Of a stretch of 52,789 bases of DNA, positions 1-12,140 are shown one piece after another. Made by a program: the position numbers and the translations under genes. The notes below the pieces were generated by a model. That model had not been told where the DNA came from and searched no databases. It saw only the letters and a program-made list of their open reading frames with translations. Source of the stretch: Lophium mytilinum (lineage: Eukaryota); NCBI GenBank assembly GCA_010093605.1, contig MU004191.1, positions 289,397-342,185 on the forward strand. Reading direction: 5' to 3'. The stretch's first letter is position 1. Each line of letters starts with the position of its first letter.

Positions 1-1
1 C

Positions 2-976
2 TCCTCGCACAAATCGATCAGAGATATCCGCGCCTGGCTTCGTGGCCTCCACCGCCATGCTCAACACGCCCGCTTCCCCACCTCATCTCCCTCTGTACCC
101 AGCTCGCTCTCTATCCCCTTCGCCCTACCGCCGCCCGCCATCCCCACCACCCCGTCCACCTCTTCCGAATCCACGCAAGAGTCCGCCTCCTGGAAAGTGT
201 TTAGCGCCCGCTCGCTACTCACCCGCCACCACTTCCTGAAACAATGGAAAAGCTACTTACGAGAGCGCTCAGAAGAGCTCGCGCGCTCGGAGAAGCAGAA
301 GTACGGCTCCATGCCGCCGACGCCGGTTCTGCTCGCACAGGACAACGAGGAGATGATACCGCTTCTGTTTCTGGGATCGCAGGAGTACCCGCACTGCGCT
401 ATCACGATCGCGGTCACGCCGCCGACGCCGGTCCTGGGCCCTATGCCGCCGACGCCCGTCCTACGACCACAGGAAGACGTGGGCATGATACCGGTGCTGG
501 ACCTGGACCTAGACGCGCAGGAGGGTTGGGGGACACCTCAAGAGATCTTAGTGCACCTAGAGGAGCAAGGGTACGAGTACGCCATCGAGATGGTAATCAT
601 GCCGCCGACACCCGTCCTGCGACCGCAGGCAGACGTGGGCGTGATACCGGTGCTGGTTCTGGACGCGCAGGAGGGTTGGGGGACAGCGCAAGAGATCCTA
701 GCGCAGCTGACAGTGCCGGAAGGCGAGTGGGAGGGGAGCGGGGTGGGTGGGTTGAAGAGGTCGAATGCGGTTAGGGGAAGGAAGGAGAGGGGGGTGCGAC
801 GGGTTGGGAGGGGGGAGAGGCAGGTGGGGAGAGCGGCGGGGAGGGAGGTGCTGAGGGGAGAGGAGATTGTTGAGGAAGTGAAGAGGGGCATTGAGGAGTG
901 GCGGCGGAGGGCGAGGCGGGATAGGAGGTTGAAGAGGAGGTGTAAGTGGCTTGTTAAGATGGGGTTGGTGAGGTGA
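2..976 (+). CDS. Hypothetical protein with internal PPTPVL repeats and Arg-rich C-terminus; 5' end lies outside the window
   Basis: The frame of ORF 197..976 stays open back to position 2. Four PPTPVL motifs, two longer near-identical units and a basic tail (RRRARRDRRLKRRCKWLVKMGLVR). No recognised domain. Confidence 0.55.
   Translation, partial: SSHKSIRDIRAWLRGLHRHAQHARFPTSSPSVPSSLSIPFALPPPAIPTTPSTSSESTQESASWKVFSARSLLTRHHFLKQWKSYLRERSEELARSEKQKYGSMPPTPVLLAQDNEEMIPLLFLGSQEYPHCAITIAVTPPTPVLGPMPPTPVLRPQEDVGMIPVLDLDLDAQEGWGTPQEILVHLEEQGYEYAIEMVIMPPTPVLRPQADVGVIPVLVLDAQEGWGTAQEILAQLTVPEGEWEGSGVGGLKRSNAVRGRKERGVRRVGRGERQVGRAAGREVLRGEEIVEEVKRGIEEWRRRARRDRRLKRRCKWLVKMGLVR
311..710 (+). repeat. Intragenic direct repeats, including two ~115-bp units 156 nt apart (starting 443 and 599)
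   Basis: MPPTPVLRPQEDVGMIPVL..DAQEGWGTPQEIL versus MPPTPVLRPQADVGVIPVL..DAQEGWGTAQEIL, with more degenerate copies at 311 and ~416. Confidence 0.9.
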
Positions 977-1733
977 GGATTCTGGTGACGAGGGTATGGC
1001 GGTTTGGTGAGCTCTTCTGGGAAGACTTGTGTTGGGTATACGGCGGGAGCTTGGAGGGTGAGAATTGAGAGGCTTGGATGAAGTCTTTTAGTGGTGCTGG
1101 TTTGGATAGAACAGTTTAGAGATGGGGTGGTCTGGTGGAAGTTCTATTGGGGTGTGGTATCTGGAATTTGGAGTTTAAGTTTCAGTATTATAAACGTTGA
1201 AACAAGTAAAAAATGAATGGAACGGCGAAAGTTGCCGTATATGCTAAATTAATGATAATGATGTAAGTGCCATAGCACCATATACAGGGTACTGTAGGTT
1301 CTGTGATAAATCTGAATCTTGACGTTGATGACTGTAATTTTTTCGAATTAATAGCGTCGTGAAGAGCGTAGTTGCTTGCCTAGTCTGCAACTTGACGTGT
1401 GTGTTGGAAACAAATGTCAGTCTATACGAATATGATTTGGTCTATACTGGTATGCGTGAGTACGAACACGTCTGCCACCAATCCTACTGGGACTAGTTTC
1501 TCGCTTAGACCATCCGTATTGCAGAATGCTATAAAACAATAACGGATCTAGTTGCTGAGCTAGGTGTGCAGCTTTCATAACAGTATTAGGGAGTGAAGGG
1601 CTTCTGTAGATTGCAACCCAGAGTTAGGTTGGTACATGTTCGATATATGATGCAATAGCTAATTCTATAGTTCCATAGGTACGGAAACAGTCCGCTGTGA
1701 ATGATGTTTGTGCTAGAGCACTAGACACGTGGG

Positions 1734-1774
1734 AGCTCTTCGCCGGACCCGACAAGCTCTTCGCCGGACCCGAC
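1734..1774. repeat. Tandem duplication of AGCTCTTCGCCGGACCCGAC (period 21)
   Basis: Two exact 20-mers at 1734-1753 and 1755-1774. Confidence 0.9.
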
Positions 1775-2890
1775 GGGCCCGAAGACTGTCCTTAGAACAT
1801 CCGCTAGAAGGGGGTAGCGACAGAAATAGAACCGAATCAATGTCAGGATTCAGGAGAAGTATGCCGTGTGTATGCCTCGCAGGATAAGCGAGCATTATAT
1901 CAGATTCAGCTGGTTCCCGCAGCCATCCGAGCCACAAACCGCGTCAACAAGCATACATTGAAGCTTAATTGCTAGTGGCATGCGCGCAATGGATCCGGAT
2001 TGAGACAGTGGAGCGTGGCTCAGGGCGGAGGCTCTCACTTGAAACATCTGCGACGAGTTGATACTGGGTCGCAAGCTGATGACCCCTGGAGAAGGTAATT
2101 TCGAATACTTGTAACCGATGCGAGTAGAGGCGTCCAGTGTCAAAGATTGCGTCAGATGCTGCGGCAAGCCATACGAAACACTGCAGTCCAACAGGCAGCA
2201 ATGAGTCTTGAGCATTCGAGGAAGCTCGTATGCTCGAGACGGCAGGGCTGTTGCTTACAATTAGCTGCTGCGCCACTAGGGAGCACAGACGTCCTAGGTT
2301 TTCACAGCCAACCGTTGTGGTCAGTGTACGGCAGGCTAACCGCAATGCGTGATGCTTGCGAAAAGTCACTCTTCGCAGGTGAACGACTCCGAACGGCGAC
2401 ACTCTCGCTCCGACGCCCCGATGGCTATTTGCAGTCAAGCACCTCGATTGCGCCCTATCCCCAGGTACAATTCTCTCGTATCATTCGGCCAACCGAAGCG
2501 TGTCGTTGTGCCTGGCCTGATAGCTCTCCCATTCTGCGGTTCTAGATATGGACCAGTGCACTTGGCACACTGCTCTCTCCTCGCATTGACGCGCCATCAT
2601 CGTCTCCCCGGTTGCTCAACTTACCTGTTGTGCTCGGCCCGACCGTTCTATACCCTATTATCACTTTCAGGCTTCGATCGCTTACGAGGACTTACTCCCA
2701 GGGCGTCTGAAAGTCTGAATGGGAGACGTGTGCTTCGGGGCGGAGTGTGTCCCTGAGGTTCTTCATAGCGTACTTCTATCGTGGACTGCCTGTACTGAGG
2801 CTCCAATATCTGGATCAATGCTAGACTCGTGCCTGGCAAAATTCCACGTCTGAGTCATCACTCTTTTCTACTTTGCCTTCAGTTCGTATC

Positions 2891-5026
2891 ATGGTGTACA
2901 CGGGAAAGCCAAGCCGGGGGTGTCAGATGTGCAAAACCCGCCGCATTAAAGTAGGTCCTGAACGGAAGACCTTGCGATGTGGCAACCCTCTTCATCCGCC
3001 GACTTCCACTCTGTGTGCTGATTGTGGCATAGTGTGATGAAAAACGTCCCATCTGCACCCAGTGCAAGAAATCTGGTCGTACATGTCCAGGTTCGTCTAC
3101 CTGTTCTGGATGCTACGGCCGTACTAACATAGATATCTACATAGGATACCAGGATGAGTTCGACCTTATCTTCCGAGATGAGAACATAGTGCAGGAGCGT
3201 AAAGCAAGAAAAGCTTCAGGGGCTACATCTACCTCCCAAGGATCGTCCTCAAAGTGAGTAGCTAGCATCCGTATCTGCCTCTTTTTTGTACTCAAAGTCA
3301 TCCGTATCACCTCTATCTAAGTCTCAACCGCTTTTTTCGCGGTATTCATGCGTATGGCTCCCAAAGGAGCAGTGCTTGCGATTCCCACGTAATTCTTCCA
3401 ACACGGGCTGACACCTTCTGGGCAGAGCATCGCCTCGTTCTTCCTCCGAGCAGAGTCCTGTTTCGACTCTTACACTCCGTTCAGAGAGTCCACATTCACA
3501 GACGTTGCCGGCGAATGACGGTTCCCCTCCCTACCTTCTTCCCACAGATCTCACACTGTTCCAGGCCTACCTATGGCAACAGGGAAATGCAGTACCTGCA
3601 GTATTCCCACCGTCGACGGAGGCTCAAGCCACCGCATTCTTCTTCCGTAATTTCGTTGTATTACCGCAGCAAGCAGAGAGCATGCGCGGATTTCTTGAAT
3701 TGCTAGTCCCAAAGTATAATGAAGAATCGCCCTCCTCCGCCCTCCACTCTGCTACACATGCTGTTGCACTCTCTACGTTAGGAAATTACCCTGGCAGGCA
3801 AAATCTACTACAAGAAGCGTCTATAGCGTATGGTCAAGCATTGACCAAGCTTAATGTGGCGCTGCAAGACCCAGTAGAATCCAAATCTGATGCTACCATA
3901 TTAGCAGTACTGCTGTTCTCGCTCTATGAGGTATGCTATCTGAAAGCGACTCCAAAATGCTTCGTCTGACGTTGAAGTACAGGCTATCATGGCAACCGCT
4001 GAAACGGTCAACGCATGGGCGAACCACGTTGATGGAGCCGTGGCTCTCGTCAAACTCCGAGGCAATGAACAGTTCAAGAACCCGTATTCGTATAGTGTGT
4101 TCCGAGCTGTGCGGACAATGATGGTGCGTAGCCCGAGCGCCCTGTTATCTTTGGCTTCAATTGAGCTAATCCGACACAGATCACAAGCTGCGTGCAACGG
4201 TCGATGTCAGTCACAGAATTTCCAGGCGAGTACGGCTGGATTGGCTCCGAGCACAGCGAAGAAAACGCGGCAAACCGCCTCACATTGATATCCATCGACC
4301 TACCAAACGTGCGGACGCGCGCTCACGACCTCCTCACTAGCGAAAAAACTCCTGAGACCGAAGTGGAAGTGCTGTCCTTGATGGAGTACGCACAGATGGT
4401 AGACGCGAACCTCGAGAATTGGGCTCACACGCTGCCTGACGACTGGAATTTCCGAACGACGAAGATGGTGTACGACATGCCGGAGGATGTGGAAAATGCG
4501 AACGAATGGCCGGGCCCGCAGCACACGTACGGAGACGTCTTCATTGCAAACATTGTCAACGACTACCGCGTCAGCCGGATATTTTGTCAGAGCGTCATTC
4601 TAGGGTGCGTCACATGGCTGGCACTGGAGCAGGAGGACCACCGGATAGAACGCAAGTGCGCGCGCGCCCGCTTCGTCATCCAAGCCATGACGGACGAGAT
4701 TGCAGCGAGTGTTCCTTTCCACATGAACTACGACCTGCAGCCGGTGGCGAAGCAGCTCGGTCAGGACCAGTCAGGTTAGTTCGAGATACTCCGTCGGTGT
4801 GGGTAATACTGACACCAACTTAGCTGCTGAAGCATTAGGGGGCTACTTCCTCGTTTGGCCACTCTTCGTGGCTGGGAATACAGATGTTGTGCCCATAAAC
4901 CAGAGGAAGTGGTTTCTAGGGCGACTCAACCTCATCGGCCGCGAGTTTGGTCTGAGCAATGCTCAGATACTCGCGATGGCGCGTCGACACGTGCTTACGT
5001 GCGGTCCAATCTACGTCTACCCATGA
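2891..5026 (+). CDS. Zn(II)2Cys6 transcription factor with C-terminal fungal-specific (Fungal_trans_2-type) domain; 7 exons
   Basis: Spliced N-terminus MVYTGKPSRGCQMCKTRRIK|CDEKRPICTQCKKSGRTCPG|YQDEFDLIFRDEN. Predicted exons 2891-2950, 3033-3090, 3145-3253, 3426-3930, 3983-4123, 4180-4774, 4824-5026 with GT..AG introns. Typical YGQALTKLNVALQDP..SDATILAVLLFSLYE, WANHVDGAVALVKLRG and GGYFLVWPL motifs. Confidence 0.92.
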
Positions 5027-5947
5027 TGAGAGACGCAGAGAGGGACAATGCGCATACAATGAGTGTAGATTCTGGTCAGCGAGCTCACATTACTTCTTTC
5101 ATCTGATGTATTACAACCCTCCCACCGGCCTTTTCTTTCCAAGTCGTCGGAGTTTTAGATAATGCTGGGACGTACTGTACGATTGGGGTAATAAGATGAA
5201 TGTACTGCTAATAGAAAGGTAAATATTATAATATGAAAGAGCGTAAACATCCTTGCTTATGACCGATCGAATATTACTGAAAGGGCGATCAATTTTGAGC
5301 GGAAGCACACTAGAATGAGGTATCATTGGACCTTCAAGCATTGAAGCTCTTACCTGAAACTGTGATATTTCTCAGTTTATTTATTTCCGTTTGGATGGCT
5401 TGAGGTGCTCCTGGTCAATTTAATTCGGAACTATAACAGCAGCTCCATCCGCACGTTACGTTTGATATGATTGGCTGAGCGGTCGATATATGTGAGCTTG
5501 GTTCAACCTTGAAGGAAACTATCTTATCATCACGGATCTGATCAGCGGTGAATTGAACCCCTGTTCTAGCCAATGCTGTGGCTCCTGATTCAAGATACTG
5601 CTTAGGTAGAGTGCTCTGGTAGTGGTGTATCAGACTGCAATATTGCTCCATGTTAACCTTGGAAGGAGACAGAGTGTCCTTGGCACTAGCTAAGCCGGAT
5701 TGGAGGGGCATCTAGAATTAAAAACCCCAGATTTCCACAACCACCATCACTTCGAACGCGTGCACCCTCCTGCTCGGGCACAAGCCTCGTGGACTCCTTT
5801 CTAGGATATGTTCTTTCGAACGCCGCTGCGCGATCTACTCCCATCGCCCGGCCTGTGATTACGACCCCTTGACCGAATCTTCCACCGTGCCAGCATCCGC
5901 TGGTGACCTCCGCACCGCCAGAACCCTCCCAGGTCACCACCGCCAAA

Positions 5948-8900
5948 ATGTCCGAGTTCTCCATGTACCATGCGCTAGGTTCCCCGGTAGGCTCGCCAGG
6001 TCTCAACGGCCCGCCAAACCCCAGGAAGAAAGAAGCTGCCAAGTTCCGGCCTCCTGTGGCTACAAGTCCTGGCGGATACCAGCAAATTGGATCCCCCACA
6101 TACGGAGCCCCTCCAAATCAATACATAGGGACGCCCCTCAGTGGCATTCCAGCTACTCCAGCCCAGGAGCAGGGCTACTTCCCCGCTCAACCAGCACCCC
6201 CGGCGGCGAACGAGGCAGAAGTGGCAGGTCTGGCACAACAAATGGGGGGTATGGGTTTGGGATTGGAGGCATCGGGTTACCCGAGGGCGCATAAGAAGAA
6301 AGACAGGCATGCATATCACAACATTGAAGGACCGGGTGGCAGTTCACAGGCCTTCAATGGCATGCCCCAGGGGGATATGGGAACTCCCACGCAGTTCCTA
6401 AACCAAAATACACCTCAGCTAGGCGGTACACCCCAGTGGGGTAGCCCGCAAGTCACGCCTGCGATGTCCCAGTTCCCAGCAGGAGTCGGGAATCAGTCGT
6501 TCACTCCTGCAAATGCGGCTACTCCTATGCAGCACGCTGCGCGGTCCGGCACTCCTCTAGGCGGAGCTGCGGCCTCCTCTTCGGCAGGTCGCGTGGACCC
6601 GGAACATATTCCCAGTGTACCCAGGTCTCGAGATATACCGGCGAAATATTACCTGGACCACGTGTACCCCACCATGGAGCAGCATCTTCCACCTCCGGCT
6701 GCGGTTCCTTTCGTTGCTTTCGATCAGGGAAACTCGTCGCCGAAATTTGCAAGACTGACTCTGAATAATATCCCCTCCTCCTCGGATGCATTAGCCTCAA
6801 CTGCTCTACCCCTAGGTTTGATCCTCCAGCCTCTTGCGCCCCAGCAAGAAGGTGAACAACCAATACCAGTACTCGACTTTGGCGAAACAGGACCTCCGAG
6901 GTGTCGGAGATGTAGAGCTTACATCAACCCTTTCATGACGTTCCGATCTGGGGGTAGCAAATTTGTATGTAACATGTGCACATTTCCGAACGACGTTCCA
7001 GGGGAATATTTCTCCCCAACAGATCCGTCCGGCGTAAGAGTGGACAGACAACAGAGACCTGAACTATCAATGGGGACGGTGGAGTTTATGGTACCAAAAG
7101 AATACTGGGCAAAGGAGCCTGTCGGGCTTCGGTGGCTATTCCTGATCGATGTCAGTGCCGAAGCAGTCAACCGCGGATTCCTTGATGGATTTTGCGAGGG
7201 AATAATAAGCTCTCTATATGGAAGCACCGACAAACAGCCAGACCAGCCGGACGCTGCAGCTACGCGGAATTTACCAGTCGGCGCAAAGGTAGGCATCGTA
7301 ACGTTCGACAAGGAGATACATTTCTACAACCTTAGTGCTGGCCTTGACCAGGCACAAATGATGGTAATGCCTGATATTGAGGACCCTTTTGTACCACTGA
7401 GCGAAGGCCTATTCGTAGATCCCGAAGAGTCAAAAGCTGTGATCACTTCACTGCTCACGCAGTTACCGAGTATGTTTCGCGAGGTCAAAAATCCAGAGCC
7501 AGCCTTATTGCCAACGCTCAATGCAGCTGTCTCTGCATTGACTGCAACGGGAGGGAAAATAGTATGCTCCCTAGCTGCTCTTCCCACCTGGGGCCCGGGT
7601 GCTCTGTTCATGCGCGATAATGGAAGTATGCACGCAAGCGACGCGGAGAAAAAACTGCTTACAACGGAGCATCCCGGATACCGCAAGATAGCAACGAAAA
7701 TGGTCGAAAGCGGGATTGGTGCAGATTTCTTCATGGCAGCGCCCAGCGGTGGCTATCTCGATATAGCTACTATTGGTACGTACAAGCAGATTTCACAGAA
7801 TAAACACATATTAGAGCACGAAGCTGACATCTTGTTAGGCCATGTGTCTGCCGTGACTGGTGGCGAAACCTTCTACTATCCGAACTTCCATTCTCCACGG
7901 GATACGCTAAAGTTGTCAAAAGAGATCAAGCACACTGTGACGCGAGAAACGGGCTACCAAGCGCTAATGAAAGTTCGCTGCTCCAATGGCCTCCAGGTTT
8001 CGGAGTATCACGGCAACTTCTATCATCACACTTTCGGAGCCGATCTCGAGTTTGGCGTGATTGATGCAGACAAGGCAATAGGCGTCATGTTCAGCTATGA
8101 CGGCAAGCTAGATCCGAAACTAGATGCTCATTTCCAGAGCGCTCTACTCTACACAACAGCGAATGGGGAACGAAGGGTGCGATGCCACAACACCGTCGCT
8201 AGCGTCACTGAAGGCGCTGCGGAGTGTATGAAGTTTGTGGATCAAGATGCGGTGGTCAATATCATTGCGAAAGAAGCTGCAGCTCGTATGGCGGAGAAGC
8301 CCCTCAAAGATATTAGAGGGGCCCTCACTGAGAAGACGGTGGACATTCTGGCAGGATACAGGAAGAATTTCACCGGCAACAACCCACCTGGCCAACTGGT
8401 TCTGCCCGAGAACCTGAAAGAGTTCAGCATGTGCATCCTCGGACTGATCAAATCCAGATCCTTCAAGGGAGGCAAGGAGCCCACCGACCGCAGAGTTCAT
8501 GACATGAGGATGATTAAGGCGATGGGGTGTCTGGAACTGTCACTCTACCTGTACCCTAGGATATTATCGCTTCACAACCTTGACGAAAAGGATGGCTTCC
8601 CCAACGAGAATGGCTACCTTCGGATGCCAGACGCCACCCGCGCATCGTACTCACAGGTCGAAGAGGGAGGTGTGTACATTGTCGACAACGGCCAAATGTG
8701 CCTCTTGTGGATACACGCGCAGGTTTCACCAAATCTCTTGGAGGACCTCTTTGGAGAAGGAAACACCACGCTCAAGCAATTAGATGCGTTCCAATCCACA
8801 TTACCTGTCCTTGAGACGCACTTGAACGCCCAGGTCCGGAACATTCTGCAGTACCTCGAGGATGCAAGGGGCTCGAAGGCCTTGACGCTGCAGCTGGCGC

Positions 8901-9178
8901 GACAGAACCTCGATGGAGCAGAGTATGAGTTTGCGAGACTGCTTTTCGAAGACCGGAACAACGAGGCACAGAGTTATGTGGACTGGCTAGTGCATGTGCA
9001 TCGCCATATCCAACTAGAGGTAAGCAATAGAGACAAATCAAACCGGAGAGCAGCCATGGCTAACGTGCGCGAATAGCTTGCGGGACAGCGAAAGAAGGAA
9101 GATTCAGGAGATGGGCTGGCACATTCAGCATCGAATTTTGTGGGATTGCGGACGCCGTACTGGGGGTCATCATCATGA
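5948..9178 (+). CDS. SFB3: Sec24-family COPII cargo-binding subunit (Sfb3/Lst1, SEC24C/D type)
   Basis: Pro/Gly-rich N-terminus, zinc finger PPRCRRCRAYINPF..FVCNMC, trunk FLIDVS, KVRCSNGL, FQSALLYT..GERRVRCHN, LVLPENLK. Introns 7776-7838 (63 nt, in frame) and 9020-9076; last exon LAGQRKKED..TPYWGSSS*. Confidence 0.92.
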
Positions 9179-9685
9179 GCGATTTTTCTCTTCGTTAGGC
9201 ACATCTTCCAGCGGCATCAGCGTGCTGTAATACTATCCTCACTTTTAACTATGAAAAGATAACTATCCATCAGCGCTTAAGCCGGAAGAGGTAAATAACG
9301 AGAAAGCGGATGTAGATAAATAAATGATCTTAACACGAAACCCAATTGGAACACTTGCATGTGATTAATGCCAAGCGATACTCGGGTGTGGCGCGGGGCC
9401 TCCAGCTGGGCGTGTTTCAGCTGGGAGAAAGCGAGAACGGGAGGTGGGGGCTGATCGTTTGAGGCGCCAACCCACCAGAATAGCACGCGAGGACCGGAGC
9501 GACCTGCAATCTGGTGTTTCACTTGATCAACTTCTACGGTTCCTCTGCCAGTCTTTTATAAACCTCAGTATCCAGCTTCAACACCCACGTCGCTTTGCGC
9601 GCACCGCCGTCACCGAAGTCGCCCCGCTGACGTCCTCGAATCCCCTCAGACCACGCCTCTCCTACCACTTTCCTCGTCCGCAGCT

Positions 9686-10279
9686 ATGGGCGCGCTCGGG
9701 AATCTGATCCCCTTAGTGATCCTGTTCGCCTTTGTGGGTGGCGCGGCGTATATTGGCTATCAGGTACGAAAACACCCGCTTTCTCTACGAATTCTACCTC
9801 CATGTTCCCATCCCATCAGCGCGCAAGGCTAATTTCTGATACCATCCAGATGTACATCTACGCCAACGAGCTCGCGGACCGCGGCGTGAAGAAGATGGAG
9901 AAGAAGAACGTCGTCTTCACCAAGGACGGCATGAAGGTCGGCGTCAAGGAGGTCAGGTCGGAGGAGTATGCGGATAAGACGCAGAGGTGAGTGTTTACTT
10001 CTGTCCCCCGCCGCTTTGGGGTGAGGATGTTGGGGCTGACACGAATGCGGTGCGGTAGTGTGCTTGTTAAGGCGTGGAGCTATGCGTCGTTCCCGGCGTA
10101 TAAGAGTCGGTTGGGGTGGAATACTGAGGCGCAGGGAGCGCAGTAAGTGGATTGCTCTACGGGGTTTGAGATGTGTAAGATGATTGGGGGTTTGTGCTAA
10201 TGTGGTGGACAGGTCTTCGTCGTCTGCGAGACCATCGGCGGCGAGGTCGGCGTCGTCGTCGAGCAAGTTGAAGAAGTAA
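9686..10279 (+). CDS. Small fungal protein with N-terminal transmembrane helix; 4 exons
   Basis: Exons 9686-9763, 9850-9986, 10059-10142, 10213-10279 joined by canonical introns give MGALGNLIPLVILFAFVGGAAYIGYQMYIYANELADRGVKKMEKKNVVFTKDGMKVGVKEVRSEEYADKTQSVLVKAW... Exon 2 has strong GC3 codon bias. Confidence 0.8.
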
Positions 10280-10826
10280 TTATTTGCGAGCACGGCGCGG
10301 ATTCTTCTGGATGGGCTTTGGTCATATTGAGAGCGGGTCGGGGCTGCAAGGGGGATTTGGGGATTCAAGAATAATCTGGGGGTGAGTGTTTACGGACGGA
10401 ACGGATACCCAGAACCGCAAGCATCTTGGGCTTGTATGCTCTTTCATGGTGAGAGGGAATTGGATGGGCGCTAGTAATGGTTCGGTTCGATCTTTTCGTT
10501 CACAGAAGCGCCGTCTATTAAGACTAGGATCTCGATGGAGTCAGGACGAATACATATCAAGTCGTTTGTCAAATTTCCCTTGGAGTATGAGATGACACTG
10601 TTCGGACTCAATGGTTGAATGATGTAACGTGCTGACGAGAGACTTCAGGAACGGCGATGAAGCTCTTTTCGGATAGTAGAGGCTATGTACCGCTCTTACA
10701 AAGACTGCTTTACAAAAGTTTCTCGATTCAAAATCATTGCCACGTATTAGAAGCACCTTGGCTCGGCTCTCATTCGAGGCAGAGTCGTGTATTACTGTGA
10801 CAAGGAGTCCGTTCATACCTCCCTGA

Positions 10827-10941
10827 TACTACTCGGAGTACCTCGATGTTACTACCTAGAGTATATCGATGTTACTACTCAGAGTATATCGATGTTACTA
10901 CTCGGAGTATATCGATGTTACTACTCGGAGTACCTCGATGT
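10827..10941. repeat. Minisatellite, 5 x 23 bp (consensus TACTACTCGGAGTATATCGATGT)
   Basis: Five contiguous units with few substitutions and no spacers. Confidence 0.95.
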
Positions 10942-12140
10942 CTTAGCGATCACTTGGCGCAGAAGCCACAGGTTCAGTCAGCGTAAACCCATCTACCACC
11001 GCCTGGGGTGGCCTAACAGAGTATCAGACCATAAGGCCTGCTAAGATAGCAGCCTTTCAGTTCAGAATGTGAGAAGCGTCTCGAGACACATCAAGCCCGA
11101 TGAGCTCTATCAGAAAAATAATGTCCTGGTCTGCGGCAAAAACAAGAGACTCCTGCTACCAGTATGCATGCTTCGATCAATTCCCGAAAGACACCTCTTC
11201 GAGGCTTCTGGAGTCTCTACTCACCACCCACGCTTGTTCTGGCTTCAGGAGCTGAAATACATCCCTGAACAGAGGTTACAGAGAGATGCTACCCCACCAG
11301 TTACCCCATAAGACTGTACGCTTTGTAAAGGCGCCATGTCGATTACATGTGCACGTTGCTGTATCCACTTGCGGCTCACCGGGCGAGATCACTCGGTTGT
11401 TTTTCCGAACGCGTTTAGGCCCGTGGCATTCCCTAGACTGGGCCTGAAGAGGTTATTAGGCGACCTCAAGTAGTGCTGAGGTAAGCATGGCGATGGGGTG
11501 CCTAGCTAACCTAGCGTCCCAATCAGCTTTTTGCTGAACGGGATAAGAAATGGTAAGATAGCCTATAATGGTCGTCCTGTGGACCAGAAAGAAACAGCGC
11601 TAACATGGCGCTATAGAATGCTTGAGGGATGCCCCGGAGTTATCTCCCTTTAGGGGTTCTTGTTTGACATCAACATCGCGGAACGGTGTCTGTCAACGGT
11701 CTTTGAGAAGCGAATATATCGTTTCCCTTTGGTTTGAATATAGTGTCTCGCACGAGATCTCGTACGGGGGCAATTCCCCCGCTCTTTCATTCATATCGTT
11801 TTGTCTTTGCTCTTATAGCCTGGCTTCCTTCTCTCCCTAGATGCCTCGGAGCCCTGCGTTGCAGATCCTGGGAATAAGACTTGATTCCATATTTCCATGC
11901 GGCCTCAATGTCAGGGGTCAGATTGGACCATCTCGTGAGCGAAATAGAAGCGGCTACTCTCGCAGGCCTACCATGTGGATCGTCTGATTCTTACTTCAAA
12001 CGAACAGTACAGCGCCCTATGCCGGCGTCAGCATCGCTGACGCCAGATTGTGACTGTCGAAATGGCACATATATTAGAGCACCGCCTCCCATTCTTCCCA
12101 TCGTCTCCGCTTGTTGTCTCCGTTATCCATACAATCGACC

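Noticed and set aside
1000..2880. Short overlapping ORFs upstream of the Zn2Cys6 gene
   Set aside because: Mostly non-ATG starts, no domains or codon bias; treated as promoter/5' UTR.
10262..10279. Peroxisomal PTS1 (SKL) in the small protein
   Set aside because: SKL is followed by KK before the stop, so it is not C-terminal.
9829..10368. 179-aa minus-strand ORF
   Set aside because: Overlaps the spliced plus-strand gene, which has canonical introns and codon bias.
10827..10941. CRISPR-like array
   Set aside because: Units are contiguous with no unique spacers, the context is eukaryotic and there are no cas genes; it is a minisatellite.
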